DNA of 64,000 nt from Bacilli bacterium (GCA_048359995.1 DBGCPK010000005.1:56585-120584); one strand, 5' to 3'. Counted from the stretch's first letter, positions 36,423 through 47,495 are shown. Notes: a model not told the origin generated them from the letters alone. Numbers and translations are program-made.

Positions 36423-37946
36423 ATGGAAATCAATCAGGCAATCAAGGAACTCGTTTTGTACGGGAGAATCCATTTGGAAATGGAGGAAATCGACGCCGTC
36501 TATAAGGAAAATCTTCTGTTGGATTATTTTCACGCCGATTGCCCTTATTCCGGAGAAATAGATACGGAATCGATCGTTTCTTTGGATCGTCCGGACCTCT
36601 TGATCGAACATCTTCGAGGCGCTTTGAAAAAAGATGTCGACGACAGGGAATTCGAAAGACAGGTTGTGAAAGCGTTGGGAATCATCACGCCTGCGCCCTC
36701 GCAGATCATCTCCCGTTTTCAAGAGTTGCAAAAAAAAGACGAAGCCGCTGCTTTGACTTATCTCTATCGATTGGGTATCAAAAACTACTATATCCGGAAG
36801 ACGGATATCGAAAAAAATCTGAAATGGAGTTACTCGACGGGGAATAACGATTTGGAAATCACGATCAATTTGTCAAAACCGGAAAAGAACAACAAAGATA
36901 TCTTAGCGTCAGCAAAATCGACGCATGTGAAATATCCTCGATGCGCATTATGCAAAGAGAATTTGGGCTATTGGGGAAGAGACGACCATCCGGCCAGAGA
37001 GAATATCCGTACCGTGCCGATGATATTGAACGGAGAATCGTGGTTTTTGCAGTTCTCTCCATATGCTTATTTTGAAGAGCATTGCATCGCGGTGAAAGAG
37101 AAACACGAAGGAATGAAACTCAGCGAAAAAACTTTCCTTCGGTTTGTCGACTTTCTGGATCAGTTCCCTTCATATTTCATCGGATCCAACGCGGACCTTC
37201 CGATCGTCGGGGGTTCGATTCTTTCGCACGAACACTATCAAGGCGGAAAACATTTGATGCCGTTGATGAAGTGCAGGAACCGATATACATTTGTTTCGGA
37301 AAAATATCCGCATACGGAGATTTCCTATCTTGACTGGTTTAATTCCTGCATTTGTTTGATTTCTTCTTCGAGAGAGGAAATCGTCGGTTTGATGAACCGG
37401 TTCTTCGAAGCGTGGAAACGTTATAATTCCATAGAAAACAAGATCATCTCCGAAGACGAAAACGGACCGCATAATACGATTACGCCGATTATGAGAAAAG
37501 AAAACGGCAGATATATCGCCTATTTGATTTTAAGAAACAACCGAACCGACGAAGAGAATCCGGAGGGGATTTTCCACGCGCATCGAGAAAGGCACAACAT
37601 CAAAAAAGAATCGATCGGATTGATCGAAGCCATGGGGTTGTTCATTCTTCCGGCTCGGTTGAAACGGCAGTGCAAGGAAATCGAAGATATCCTCATTCAA
37701 TCGGATTTCCAAGAAGAGACGTATTACGAATCTCATTCGGATATGCGCGTTCATTCCGAGATGATTCGCCGTTTGATTCGGGAAAACGGATTATCGAACG
37801 ACAGAGTTTCTGCGGAAAAAGCCGTCCGAAACTATATCAACGAAACTTGTCGATCGATTCTCGACGATACGGCGGTTTTCAAAAACGACTATCTGGGAAA
37901 TAAAAGCGCGGTTGAGTTCATCGATTCGGTGTTAAAGGAAGATTAA
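36423..37946 (+). CDS. galT: Galactose-1-phosphate uridylyltransferase (type 2, Gram-positive GalT)
   Basis: About 507 aa; N-terminus IKELVLYGRIH..ENLLLDYF, and a conserved CALCKEN...HEHYQGG region. Confidence 0.85.
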   Translation: MEINQAIKELVLYGRIHLEMEEIDAVYKENLLLDYFHADCPYSGEIDTESIVSLDRPDLLIEHLRGALKKDVDDREFERQVVKALGIITPAPSQIISRFQELQKKDEAAALTYLYRLGIKNYYIRKTDIEKNLKWSYSTGNNDLEITINLSKPEKNNKDILASAKSTHVKYPRCALCKENLGYWGRDDHPARENIRTVPMILNGESWFLQFSPYAYFEEHCIAVKEKHEGMKLSEKTFLRFVDFLDQFPSYFIGSNADLPIVGGSILSHEHYQGGKHLMPLMKCRNRYTFVSEKYPHTEISYLDWFNSCICLISSSREEIVGLMNRFFEAWKRYNSIENKIISEDENGPHNTITPIMRKENGRYIAYLILRNNRTDEENPEGIFHAHRERHNIKKESIGLIEAMGLFILPARLKRQCKEIEDILIQSDFQEETYYESHSDMRVHSEMIRRLIRENGLSNDRVSAEKAVRNYINETCRSILDDTAVFKNDYLGNKSAVEFIDSVLKED

Positions 37947-37949
37947 AAT

Positions 37950-39125
37950 ATGAATTTAGAGCAAAGAAAAAGCAAGTTAAAAGCCAAATTCCACGACCTG
38001 TTTTTACAGGAAAACACGGACTATTTTTCGTCTTCGGGAAGAATCGAACTCTTGGGAAATCACACCGATCACAATCGAGGATCGGTGATCGTCGGGGCAG
38101 TCGATCTCGACATTCTCGCGGCAACCAGAAAACGTGAAGACCGGAAGGTCGTCATCTATTCCAAAGGATATCCCAAAATTTCCTTGCAAATCGACGATCG
38201 GAATCTGAGAGAAGAAGAAAGCGGAAAAAGCATCGCCATCGTCAGAGGGGTTCTTCACCGCCTCTTTGAACTCGGTTACTGCATCGGCGGTTTTTCCTGT
38301 TATTTGGAATCTTCGGTTTATGCCGGCGCGGGAGTATCTTCTTCCGCCGCATACGAATGCCTGATCGTTGCGATTCTCAACGACTATTACAACGAAAACA
38401 GGATTAGTCCGTTGCAAATGGCGGAAATCGCTCAATACAGCGAATCGGTTTACTTTATGAAACCTTGCGGACTTTTGGACCAATGCGGCGTCGCTTTCGG
38501 TGGAGTCAATCGGATCGATTTCAAAGACATTTCTTGTCCTGTCGTAGAAAACATTCAAGCGGATTTTTCTCCGTATTGCCTTGTTTTAGTCAACACAGGC
38601 GGTTCGCACAGCCATTTGACCGAACAATATAAAGCCATTACCGAAGAAATGAAAGCGGTCGCGAATTTTTTCGGTAAGGAATACCTAAGAGAAGTCTCCG
38701 AGCCGGTGTTTATACAGAAACTGAAAGAGCTTCGCGAGCGGGTTTCCGATCGCGCCGTACAAAGAGCGATGCACTTTTTCGAGGAAAATAAAATCGTCGA
38801 AAAGGGCTTTGCGTTTTTAAAGGAAAAACAGATCGAAAAATTTCTCGAATGCGTCGATCGATCGGGAAGAAATTCGTATGAACTATTGCAGAATAACATC
38901 AACGTCTCTTCCGAACGGCAAAACATCTCTTTGGCAATCGGTTTGACCAGAGAGTTGCTTTCCCGAGGCGCGGTACGGGTTCACGGAGGCGGATTCGAAG
39001 GGACGATTTTAGCGTTCGTTCATCGCGAAGATTTAAAAGATTATCTGCAAGTGATGCGGAACGTTTTCGGAAGAAACAACGTTCACGATGTGGAAATCAG
39101 GAACTGCGGGGCTAAAAAAGTTTAA
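37950..39125 (+). CDS. galK: Galactokinase (GHMP kinase)
   Basis: ELLGNHTDHNRGSV (galactokinase signature) and GAGVSSSAAYECL (GHMP ATP motif). Confidence 0.9.
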   Translation: MNLEQRKSKLKAKFHDLFLQENTDYFSSSGRIELLGNHTDHNRGSVIVGAVDLDILAATRKREDRKVVIYSKGYPKISLQIDDRNLREEESGKSIAIVRGVLHRLFELGYCIGGFSCYLESSVYAGAGVSSSAAYECLIVAILNDYYNENRISPLQMAEIAQYSESVYFMKPCGLLDQCGVAFGGVNRIDFKDISCPVVENIQADFSPYCLVLVNTGGSHSHLTEQYKAITEEMKAVANFFGKEYLREVSEPVFIQKLKELRERVSDRAVQRAMHFFEENKIVEKGFAFLKEKQIEKFLECVDRSGRNSYELLQNNINVSSERQNISLAIGLTRELLSRGAVRVHGGGFEGTILAFVHREDLKDYLQVMRNVFGRNNVHDVEIRNCGAKKV

Positions 39126-39916
39126 GCCTCTGTTTTTTCGGAAACTTCTTTACGGATATAATCGGCATAGGCGTAATCGGAATACTCTTCGGTTCTTCGG
39201 CACATCGTCGTATAAACTTGATCTCTGATTTTTTTGGTGGCTTCGCTTACGGATAAACTCTGATCCGGATAGAAAGGTCCGTCGACGAAAGAGACGATCT
39301 TCGGTCTTTTTCCGAATTTTCTCTTCCGGTAACAGTGCGTAATGCAGAAAACCGGAACTTGAAGTTTAACGGGATATTTGAAAGAAGTTTCCCCGAACGG
39401 GCGAATTTTCGTGTAATATGGCCAAATGTGCGCTTCGGGAAAGATCGTCACCGAACTTTTTTCCGCGATTCTCTGATGAATGCACTTGACCATCGCGATA
39501 TTTTCTTTGACCGTATTGCCCAAAGGAATACCGCCGAGCATCTGCACGATGTTTCTTAATCCGAAGATCGAAGTTGCGTCGGGATGGACGATGATATAAT
39601 TTCTTTTCGGATAAGGCATATAAGATGAAGCGAAGCAGTCGTTGATGTAGCTGGTATGATTGCTGTAAACAAAATATCCGGTATGTTTGGCTTTTTTCAG
39701 TACCTTTTTGTTCACGCTTTTCTGATGATGAACGATCTTGTTGATTGGAATGATGAGAAGAGGCGCAATGAAAAAGTAGAGAATACGGCAAAGAAACCGC
39801 CAGAAAAAGGAAGTGTGAACGTATTTAAAATGTTTTCCCAACTTTTTTTGACGAATGCGGGTTTTGGCAAAATCGTCATTGAGTTCGTCTGCATAGTAGT
39901 AAGTTTTGCGCTTCAT
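39122..39916 (-). CDS. 1-acyl-sn-glycerol-3-phosphate acyltransferase (PlsC-like lysophospholipid acyltransferase)
   Basis: NHTSYINDC (HX4D acyltransferase motif) and IFPEAH; an N-terminal TM helix. Confidence 0.75.
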   Translation of the reverse strand: MKRKTYYYADELNDDFAKTRIRQKKLGKHFKYVHTSFFWRFLCRILYFFIAPLLIIPINKIVHHQKSVNKKVLKKAKHTGYFVYSNHTSYINDCFASSYMPYPKRNYIIVHPDATSIFGLRNIVQMLGGIPLGNTVKENIAMVKCIHQRIAEKSSVTIFPEAHIWPYYTKIRPFGETSFKYPVKLQVPVFCITHCYRKRKFGKRPKIVSFVDGPFYPDQSLSVSEATKKIRDQVYTTMCRRTEEYSDYAYADYIRKEVSEKTEA

Positions 39917-41062
39917 TTATTTGTCCTTTTTTCGATGTTGGGCGTAATTGTTTAAGAGAAAACTTTCCATTTTTTCCATACACAATTTTTGATCGAAAGA
40001 GAAAGCGGTATTCAAATATTTTTTCGAATATTCTTCCTTTTCTTTCGGGTGTTCGATCCAATAATCGATCTTTTCCGCCAGACTGGACGGGTTTTTGTTG
40101 GCAAAAAGCGATTTTTCGTCGATGGCGAAATATTTGGTCGCACATTTTTTTGAATCGGCGACGATCGGAACGAGACCGCAGGAAATCGCTTCGATGCAAG
40201 AAATCGATTCGATTTCGACTTCGGCAGGGTGACAATAGAGATCGGCATAATTGATGACATTGACTAAATCGGCGCGCGAATAAAAATTGAATTCGCAGTC
40301 GACGTTCAACTTTTTGACAAGACGAGTCAATTTTCCTTTATCCGGACCGGAACCGGCGAGAATCAGATGAATTCTCTCTTTGTGCTTCGAAAGATCGACG
40401 GCTTTGATGAGAACGTCCTGATTTTTTTCGCTGCAATACCGCCCGACATTGAGAATGACGAATTTGTCTTTCAGGTTTTCCGGACGCGGAGAAGGCTTCT
40501 TGCGGTAAATCTCGTTGACGCCGTTGGAAATGACGACTCCCGGAGTCAAACCGACCACGCTTTCGTAAACGTCGCGGATAAATTGAGTCGGATAATGAAT
40601 GCCGTCTACGTAGCGATAGACTCGCTTATAAAAAAATTTATAGATCAAATTATTCACTTTTTCCTGATTCTTCATGAAGAAATGCGCGGATACGTTTTCC
40701 GCCTGCGCGTGGAAACCCGCTGTAACCGGAATTTTGTGCTTTTTGCAATAACGGACCGCATAATGGGATAGAGCGAAAGGAAGCATACAATGAACCATGT
40801 CGGAATCCTTTAAGGCCTCGTTCAACGTTTTCTTGTCGACGCGGGAAAGTTTGACGCCGTTTCGGTGTACGATGGCGTTGAGAAAAAGAAGATTCAATTC
40901 CGGAACGACATAAAATCCGTCGAGGTTCTTTTTGTCGGCATCGTTGCAAACGATACGAATCTCGTGTCCTTTCGCTTTCAGATGTTTGATCAAGTTCATC
41001 GCCGCGATCGTCGTTCCGTTATTCGGTTCGCCCAGCACATCGCAGATGATCGTTATTTTCAT
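39917..41062 (-). CDS. GT4-family glycosyltransferase (likely glycolipid synthase)
   Basis: GT-B fold with the C-terminal EX7E-like region (CHPAEVEIESISCIEAISCGLVPI). Coupled to the downstream acyltransferase gene. Confidence 0.75.
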   Translation of the reverse strand: MKITIICDVLGEPNNGTTIAAMNLIKHLKAKGHEIRIVCNDADKKNLDGFYVVPELNLLFLNAIVHRNGVKLSRVDKKTLNEALKDSDMVHCMLPFALSHYAVRYCKKHKIPVTAGFHAQAENVSAHFFMKNQEKVNNLIYKFFYKRVYRYVDGIHYPTQFIRDVYESVVGLTPGVVISNGVNEIYRKKPSPRPENLKDKFVILNVGRYCSEKNQDVLIKAVDLSKHKERIHLILAGSGPDKGKLTRLVKKLNVDCEFNFYSRADLVNVINYADLYCHPAEVEIESISCIEAISCGLVPIVADSKKCATKYFAIDEKSLFANKNPSSLAEKIDYWIEHPKEKEEYSKKYLNTAFSFDQKLCMEKMESFLLNNYAQHRKKDK

Positions 41063-41229
41063 AAAACTACCTCACATATTTAATCATACTATAAAACCGC
41101 GAAATATAAGAATAAACTATTAAACTAACTTGTGAATTGTCGGTGAATTCGATTAAACTTCGAGTTTAATCGTGGAGTAAAAGTTGATTTTTTATTTATT
41201 AGGCTTTAAAATGGATTCGGTAAAAGAAA

Positions 41230-41820
41230 ATGGAACTGGGAAAGATTATCGGAACGAACATTCAAAATCTGAGAAAAGAGAGGAATATGACGCAGAGAGA
41301 TCTCGCCAATCTGTTTTCGTACACTTCCAATGCGGTTTCCAAATGGGAAAGAGGAGAGGCTTTGCCGGAAATCGCCACGCTGAAAGCGATCGCCGATTAT
41401 TTCGGCGTAACGGTCGACTGCCTTTTAAGCGAAGGCGGTTATAAACAAAAAGAGAATTACAGGAATAAAAGTTCGATTAAGGCGATGAAATTGGTCAAAG
41501 CGCTGTTGATGGTTTCTTTGGTTCTCGTCGCGGTGACCGTCGTTTTCGTCTACCTTTATCAAAATCAAGGGGCGTCTTCGCGCTGCTGGACGACGTTTAT
41601 CTGGGGGATACCTCTATCCTGCCTACCTCCGCTGTGGATATACTATCGCGAAAACAACCCGATTCTGAAATTCGTCCTGATGACAACGATCGTCTGGGGG
41701 ATTTTGACCGCGATATATCTCCAATTTATCGAATTGAATATGTATTTGATTTTTTTGATCGGCATACCTGCCCAATTGTCGGTTTTTCTTTGGTCGCAAA
41801 TTATTAAAATTCGAAAATAG
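41230..41820 (+). CDS. XRE-family HTH domain fused to membrane domain (paralogous architecture to 28013-29026)
   Basis: HTH_3 NLRKERNMTQRDLANLFSYTSNAVSKWERGE, then 3-4 TM helices. Confidence 0.75.
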   Translation: MELGKIIGTNIQNLRKERNMTQRDLANLFSYTSNAVSKWERGEALPEIATLKAIADYFGVTVDCLLSEGGYKQKENYRNKSSIKAMKLVKALLMVSLVLVAVTVVFVYLYQNQGASSRCWTTFIWGIPLSCLPPLWIYYRENNPILKFVLMTTIVWGILTAIYLQFIELNMYLIFLIGIPAQLSVFLWSQIIKIRK

Positions 41821-41917
41821 GCGATGTGCGATTTTCGATTTGTTCCGTTTAATTTTCTTTTATGTGTCAATAATTCTATATGTAGTTTCATAAATTATCT
41901 ATTGAAAGGAAATTATT

Positions 41918-43939
41918 ATGCTGGAAAAGTTTTCAAGTGGGGCGCAGAGAATTATATCTCTTGCCGAAGCCTTAGCGTTTGAATTCAATCACCCGACGGT
42001 CGGCAGCGAACATCTTCTTCTCAGCTTTTTGAAATGCAAAGATAACCTCCTGACCAAAGAATTGAGCAAATACAATATCGACTATCTAAACCTGAGAGAT
42101 AAAGTGAAAAATCTTTATCAAGGTTCGGACGATACCAATATTTACGTTCAATATACGTTTGAACTGAAAGAACTTCTGGCAGATTCGCTGAAAATCAGCG
42201 AAAAAAACAAAGAATCGCTGATCAGTTCCGATTCGCTGGCTTTGGCTATCCTGTCCAACAAAAACATCGCGCAGGAACTTTTAGCGAAGGAAGGAGTCAA
42301 TATCAACGCAATGTTAAAAGCCATCAACAATTCGAGAAAACGAAAGTCGGAACTGAATACGATCGCCGATCTCCACCTTTCCGGTGCCGATCATCGCGAT
42401 CCTCTCATCGGAAGAGAAAAAGAACTGAGACAGTTAATCAATGCTTTGAGCAGAAGAAACAAACCCAACGCGATTCTGTTAGGAGAACCGGGCGTGGGGA
42501 AAAGCGCGATCGTCGAAGAACTTGCCAGACAACTTTTGGCCAATAAAGTGCCGTCTTTAAAGGGGAAATCAATCTATGAACTCGATATTGCTTCGACGGT
42601 TTCCGGAACGAAATATCGCGGAGAATTCGAGGAGAAAATCAAAAAAATCATTCGCAAAGTGCAGGAGGACGGAAACGCTATTCTGTTCATCGACGAAATT
42701 CACACGATCGTCAAGGCGGGAGGCGCGGAAGGAGCAATCGATGCGTCCAACATATTAAAACCCTACCTGTCGCGAGGAGAGATTCAGGTTATCGGCGCGA
42801 CGACAGAAGAAGAATTCAACGCCACGTTTGAAAACGACAAGGCTTTGAAACGCAGATTTCAGATTATCCGCGTAGAAGAAACCACACCGGAGGAAACGCT
42901 GGATATCCTCCTTAAAACCAAGCCCATTTACGAGAAGTTTTACTCTATCAAAATCGACGATTATCTGCTGAAAGAAATCGTCGATGTGGCGAAAAAGTAT
43001 CTGTTGAATCAAAAATTTCCGGATAAAGCCATCGATATTCTGGACAATTCTTGCGTAGAAGCCAAAGGACATCTGACTTTGGAGAATATTTACAACACGT
43101 TGGAGAACTATTACAAGGTGGCGACCAATTATCATAAACAGGAAACGCTGAAACGTGAACTGAGCGAAAACCTGATCGGTCAGGACGAAGCGATCGAAGC
43201 GATTGTTGACGAGTTCAGAATGATTGAATTATCGCTGGAAGAAAGGGACGCGCCTTTGGGAGTTTTCCTGTTTAACGGCCCTTCCGGATGCGGAAAAACC
43301 CTTTGTGCGAAGATCATTTCCAAATGTTACTTCTCTTCTCGTCATACATTGACGTTGAATATGAACACTTATCGCGATCTCAACGGGTTAAATCGCCTGA
43401 TCAACGCTTCTTCTTCCAATTATCTCGAAAGCGTTTCTCCTTTCATAAAATGTTTGAACAATTGTCCGAATTCGTTAATTGTCATCGACGATTTCGACAA
43501 AGCGACAAACGACATCAAAGAATTCTTTTTCGACATTTTCGATAAAGGTCGCTTTTACGACAATCGGGGAAATCTGATCAATTGCAGCAATGCAGTATTC
43601 ATTCTCAATACTTCATACGTCCCCGGCGATTATTTGGATTTTAAGAATTATCTGTCGAAAACTCAAAACGAGAATAAAAACGAAATCGTGCGAAAACTCG
43701 GTAGCAGTTTTGTTTCGCGACTTACCCGCATCGTCGAATTCCGAAGCCTGAATCCGGAAACCATCAAGACGATTATGAGACAATACGCCGACAATCATCA
43801 TTTGCAATATGAGGCCGGTTTCATCGAAGAAGCGTTCCGTTTGAGCGATCTGAAAGAGTACGAAAAAACCGGTGCGAGATTGGCGTATAAGAATATGAAA
43901 AGCAAACTGATCGAAAGAGAAAAGATCAACAATAAATAG
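41918..43939 (+). CDS. Clp/Hsp100-family AAA+ ATPase (ClpC/ClpE-like, shortened and divergent)
   Basis: Clp_N repeats. D1 Walker A GEPGVGKSAI. D2 Walker A GPSGCGKT. Walker B reads VIDDFDK (DD rather than DE). 673 aa. Confidence 0.75.
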   Translation: MLEKFSSGAQRIISLAEALAFEFNHPTVGSEHLLLSFLKCKDNLLTKELSKYNIDYLNLRDKVKNLYQGSDDTNIYVQYTFELKELLADSLKISEKNKESLISSDSLALAILSNKNIAQELLAKEGVNINAMLKAINNSRKRKSELNTIADLHLSGADHRDPLIGREKELRQLINALSRRNKPNAILLGEPGVGKSAIVEELARQLLANKVPSLKGKSIYELDIASTVSGTKYRGEFEEKIKKIIRKVQEDGNAILFIDEIHTIVKAGGAEGAIDASNILKPYLSRGEIQVIGATTEEEFNATFENDKALKRRFQIIRVEETTPEETLDILLKTKPIYEKFYSIKIDDYLLKEIVDVAKKYLLNQKFPDKAIDILDNSCVEAKGHLTLENIYNTLENYYKVATNYHKQETLKRELSENLIGQDEAIEAIVDEFRMIELSLEERDAPLGVFLFNGPSGCGKTLCAKIISKCYFSSRHTLTLNMNTYRDLNGLNRLINASSSNYLESVSPFIKCLNNCPNSLIVIDDFDKATNDIKEFFFDIFDKGRFYDNRGNLINCSNAVFILNTSYVPGDYLDFKNYLSKTQNENKNEIVRKLGSSFVSRLTRIVEFRSLNPETIKTIMRQYADNHHLQYEAGFIEEAFRLSDLKEYEKTGARLAYKNMKSKLIEREKINNK

Positions 43940-44064
43940 GAAAACGAAAAAACAAGCCGAACGGAGTTTATTTTGCTTTTATTCTTTGAAAAAATCTTTC
44001 GGAACCGAAGATATTTCGCCGATTTCGGTTGGTAGCGAATAAGCATTCCGAGATTCGCCAGAGG

Positions 44065-45312
44065 TTATCGATTTCTGCGAATTTTGATCGGTCTTCCGTT
44101 TTTCAAACGCGATTTTTCCGCGGAAAAGCCGATATAATGACTTTCCAACGATTCTTCGAGAGTGGTATATCCGTCCGATTCGTCATTTTGAATCATATCG
44201 TAAAATCGATCGATCATCCGCGTCTCACCTCCGCCGTGACCGACAGAAGTGTCACCGAGTGAAGAAAGACGATAGTTGATTTTTTCGCGATCAAAAGGCA
44301 TGACTTCGATCGTATCTTTCTCTTCGGAAAAAGCGATGTTACCGTAAGTTCCGTAAAAGTTCATATTTCGTCCCCATCCGGAAGTAAAAGCCATCATTTT
44401 CAGGTCGGCGCGGATTCCGTTTTGAAATTGCAGATGAACGATTTGGTGATCGACGACGTTGTTATCGCAAGCGAATACGCATCGACCGTAAGGACCTTTT
44501 TTCAATGCCTCTGAAACGTTTTGATCGGTGACCGGACGAAGATCGGTAACCATATTCCGCCCCCAAAATCGATTTCGGATATAGATGTTCTCGGCACTAT
44601 AAGGGCAAGTCGAGTTATGCGGACAGTCGCAGCAGCGATCCGTCGCATCTTTCGGTTGGTTTTCCTTTTTGAAAAAAGACAGAGAACCGAAAGAAGAAAC
44701 GCTTTCGCATTTGGAATGCGCAAACCATTGAAATAAATCAAGATCGTGGCAACATTTAGCCAAAATCATCGGCGCGGCCTGACGATCATTCCGCCAATTT
44801 CCGCGAACGTAAGAATGCGCATAATGGAGATATTGCACTTGTTCGGTGCCTTCAAAAAAGACAAGATCGCCGATAATTCGGCTTTCAATCAGTTCTTTGA
44901 GTTTGACAAAAGCGGGCGCGTAACGGAGAACGTGACAGACGACGACTTTTTTTCGGTAGATTCTCGCGGCTCTGTCCAGTCGAAGACAATCACTTTCGCT
45001 GACCGCTATCGGTTTTTCCATCAATATGTCGTAACCGAGTTTAAGCCCTTTGATCGCATGATTAACATGATCCTTATCTTGTGTCGAAACGATCAGCACA
45101 TCACTTCTCTTTTGTCGGAAAAAATCTTCTTCTTTTTCGAAAACTTCGTCTTCTCGAATCTGAAATTCTTTCTGCGCATTTTTCCTTCTTTCTTTTATTC
45201 GATCGCAGATGGCGACGACGCTATATCGATCCGGTCTGTCTTTCATTAAACCGGCATAAAGAAACCCTCTTGCACCCATGCCGATGACCGAAACCGTTAA
45301 AATTTTTTTCAT
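44065..45312 (-). CDS. Gfo/Idh/MocA-family NAD(P)-dependent oxidoreductase
   Basis: N-terminal Rossmann motif VSVIGMGARG, and EKP in LMEKPIAV. Confidence 0.8.
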   Translation of the reverse strand: MKKILTVSVIGMGARGFLYAGLMKDRPDRYSVVAICDRIKERRKNAQKEFQIREDEVFEKEEDFFRQKRSDVLIVSTQDKDHVNHAIKGLKLGYDILMEKPIAVSESDCLRLDRAARIYRKKVVVCHVLRYAPAFVKLKELIESRIIGDLVFFEGTEQVQYLHYAHSYVRGNWRNDRQAAPMILAKCCHDLDLFQWFAHSKCESVSSFGSLSFFKKENQPKDATDRCCDCPHNSTCPYSAENIYIRNRFWGRNMVTDLRPVTDQNVSEALKKGPYGRCVFACDNNVVDHQIVHLQFQNGIRADLKMMAFTSGWGRNMNFYGTYGNIAFSEEKDTIEVMPFDREKINYRLSSLGDTSVGHGGGETRMIDRFYDMIQNDESDGYTTLEESLESHYIGFSAEKSRLKNGRPIKIRRNR

Positions 45313-45405
45313 AATTTATACCTCTTTATCAGTATAAAGTGTCACATATTGATTTTTCTATCTCACTTTTTTATAATAAATTTGCAAATATTGCTGTTTA
45401 GTCAA

Positions 45406-46140
45406 ATGAAACCATCTGTTTATGAATCTTTCCGCGATTTGGAAAGCAGCGTTACGTGCAATTTGTATGCGCACGTCGGTGTCGATACGCATTTACATCA
45501 AAGCATCGAAATCATCGCGATGATCGAAGGAGAAACCGAAATCGCGATCGGAAATGCGACTTTTCTGTTGAAAAAAGGAGAAATCGCTTTTATTCCGCCG
45601 TTTTTTCCTCATTCAATCCAAAAGCACGAATGGAATGAATATTATTGTTTAATCATTTCTAAACCATTTTATGCCCTCTATGAATCCATCTATCGCGATC
45701 AATGCTTTAATCTGCTCAAAGACATCGAATACAATCAAAGGATATTTAAACTTTTGAAATCTTTTCGACACGGAGATTCTTTGCTGTTGCAGGGACAGGC
45801 CTATACGATTCTCGGTGAAATCACATCGCATTATCGACCGGTGAAATCGACATATCGGAATGTTCAATTGATTCGGAAAATCATCGATTACGTCGAGAAA
45901 AATGTTTGTAATCCGATCTCTTTGGAATCGATAAGTAAGGAAATGGGATATAACAAATATTACCTATCGCATTTTTTCAATCGGATTTTCAACTGCAATC
46001 TCAATCAATATATCAATATGGTTCGACTTCTTAGGGTTGAACAGACACCGGGAAGCAGAACCGAAGCGATTCTCGAAAACGGCTTTACCAGCCTATCCAC
46101 GTATTATCGTTTGAAAAGAAAATGGTCAGAAAGGCAATAA
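45406..46140 (+). CDS. AraC-family transcriptional regulator (cupin + HTH)
   Basis: C-terminal AraC HTH region ISLESISKEMGYNKYYLSHFFNRIF. Confidence 0.8.
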   Translation: MKPSVYESFRDLESSVTCNLYAHVGVDTHLHQSIEIIAMIEGETEIAIGNATFLLKKGEIAFIPPFFPHSIQKHEWNEYYCLIISKPFYALYESIYRDQCFNLLKDIEYNQRIFKLLKSFRHGDSLLLQGQAYTILGEITSHYRPVKSTYRNVQLIRKIIDYVEKNVCNPISLESISKEMGYNKYYLSHFFNRIFNCNLNQYINMVRLLRVEQTPGSRTEAILENGFTSLSTYYRLKRKWSERQ

Positions 46141-46348
46141 GCAATATTTCGCGTGTCAATCTGTTTTTTCTTGCTTTGATTTCGACAAAAACGATAAGCC
46201 ATGTCAACAGGAAACAATTTTTCGTAAATCGAATACAATATCATAGAGGGCAAAAAAATTTTTACAAGATATTGCGGAAACACAAGTGAAATGATAATAT
46301 AAAAGCAGAAATAAACGAATCATCTCATAAAGAGAAGAAAGGGGAAAT

Positions 46349-46897
46349 ATGCGCGTTCCGTTCCACAGATTATCTCTTACGCTCTTATTTATAATTGCTC
46401 TTTCAGGCTGTCAACATAAAGCCGTCTACGATACCGAGATCGAAACGGGAACGTATACGGCGAAGTTGATTTACCAATCTCGTAGTTTTTCCGCAGTTTC
46501 GGGTGACTTTGAAGTCAATATCGACGAAACGAATCTGTCGATGACAGCAGGATATGTTACAGAACCTTTCGATGAACCACTATCCCCTGTAACGTTGACC
46601 AAAGAAATCTGGTCGGAAGATTTTCCGGAATTGGATTTATATACCACGCACAATTCCGCCTATCGGGAAGAAGATACATTGGATAAACTTTATAAGGCGG
46701 AAACCGCTCTCGAAGCAAGCAGAACGATCGAGAAAGAAGATCCGGACGGACGGGTTTACGATTATATCGATTATTTTGATCTATTTCGAGTCAACAAAAA
46801 GATTTATATGTTTCATCTATGGAAGAGCAATTATCGCGATGGAGAAGAAGATTATTATCCCCATATCATGCGTATCTTTCGATTAGTCAAGGAATAA
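46349..46897 (+). CDS. Lipoprotein, member 1 of tandem paralog triplet
   Basis: Signal peptide plus lipobox LSGC. Shares TEIETGTYTAKLIYQ...PLSPVTLTKEIW...RIFRLVKE with the next two genes. Confidence 0.75.
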   Translation: MRVPFHRLSLTLLFIIALSGCQHKAVYDTEIETGTYTAKLIYQSRSFSAVSGDFEVNIDETNLSMTAGYVTEPFDEPLSPVTLTKEIWSEDFPELDLYTTHNSAYREEDTLDKLYKAETALEASRTIEKEDPDGRVYDYIDYFDLFRVNKKIYMFHLWKSNYRDGEEDYYPHIMRIFRLVKE

Positions 46898-46911
46898 AGA
46901 GAGGTGAAAAT

Positions 46912-47481
46912 ATGAGAAAAGGAATCATAAAAAAAGGAAAACTTCGAGCGATATTGTTGTCTTTCGTACTGATATTTACTTTGTCAGGCTGTCAACATAA
47001 AGACATCTACGATACCGAAATCGAAATGGGAACGTATACGGCGAAGTTGATTTATCAGTATGGTACAACGTCCTATGTTCCGAGTGACTTTGAAGTCAAT
47101 ATCGACGAAATGCAATTATCCATAACAGGGTATCTTGTGGGGGTTGATAAACCTTTCGATCAACCATTATCCCCTGTAACGTTGACGAAAGAAATTTGGC
47201 CGGATGATTTTCCGGATTTGGATTTATATTCCACGCACAATTCCGCCTATCGAGAAGAAGATACATTGGATAAACTTTATAAAGTAGAATGGGTTTTTGA
47301 AGCCGGTTGTTTATACGATGAAGAAATCCTTCAAAACATTTATTACGTATATTATTTTGATCTATTTCGAGTTAATGGCAAAATTTATATGTTTCATCGC
47401 GCTTATTCGTATCGCCAAGATAAATTCGATGAGAATTGGATTGCAAAGGTAGCACGCATCTTTCGATTAGTCAAGGAATAA
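46912..47481 (+). CDS. Lipoprotein, member 2 of tandem paralog triplet
   Basis: AGAGAGGTGAAAAT-ATG RBS; MRKGIIKKGKLRAILLSFVLIFTLSGC. Confidence 0.75.
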   Translation: MRKGIIKKGKLRAILLSFVLIFTLSGCQHKDIYDTEIEMGTYTAKLIYQYGTTSYVPSDFEVNIDEMQLSITGYLVGVDKPFDQPLSPVTLTKEIWPDDFPDLDLYSTHNSAYREEDTLDKLYKVEWVFEAGCLYDEEILQNIYYVYYFDLFRVNGKIYMFHRAYSYRQDKFDENWIAKVARIFRLVKE

Positions 47482-47495
47482 AGAGAGGTGAAAAT

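Noticed and set aside
44746-45249. 167-aa plus-strand ORF opposite the Gfo/Idh/MocA gene
   Set aside because: Antisense to a gene with a Rossmann motif and full-length homology pattern.
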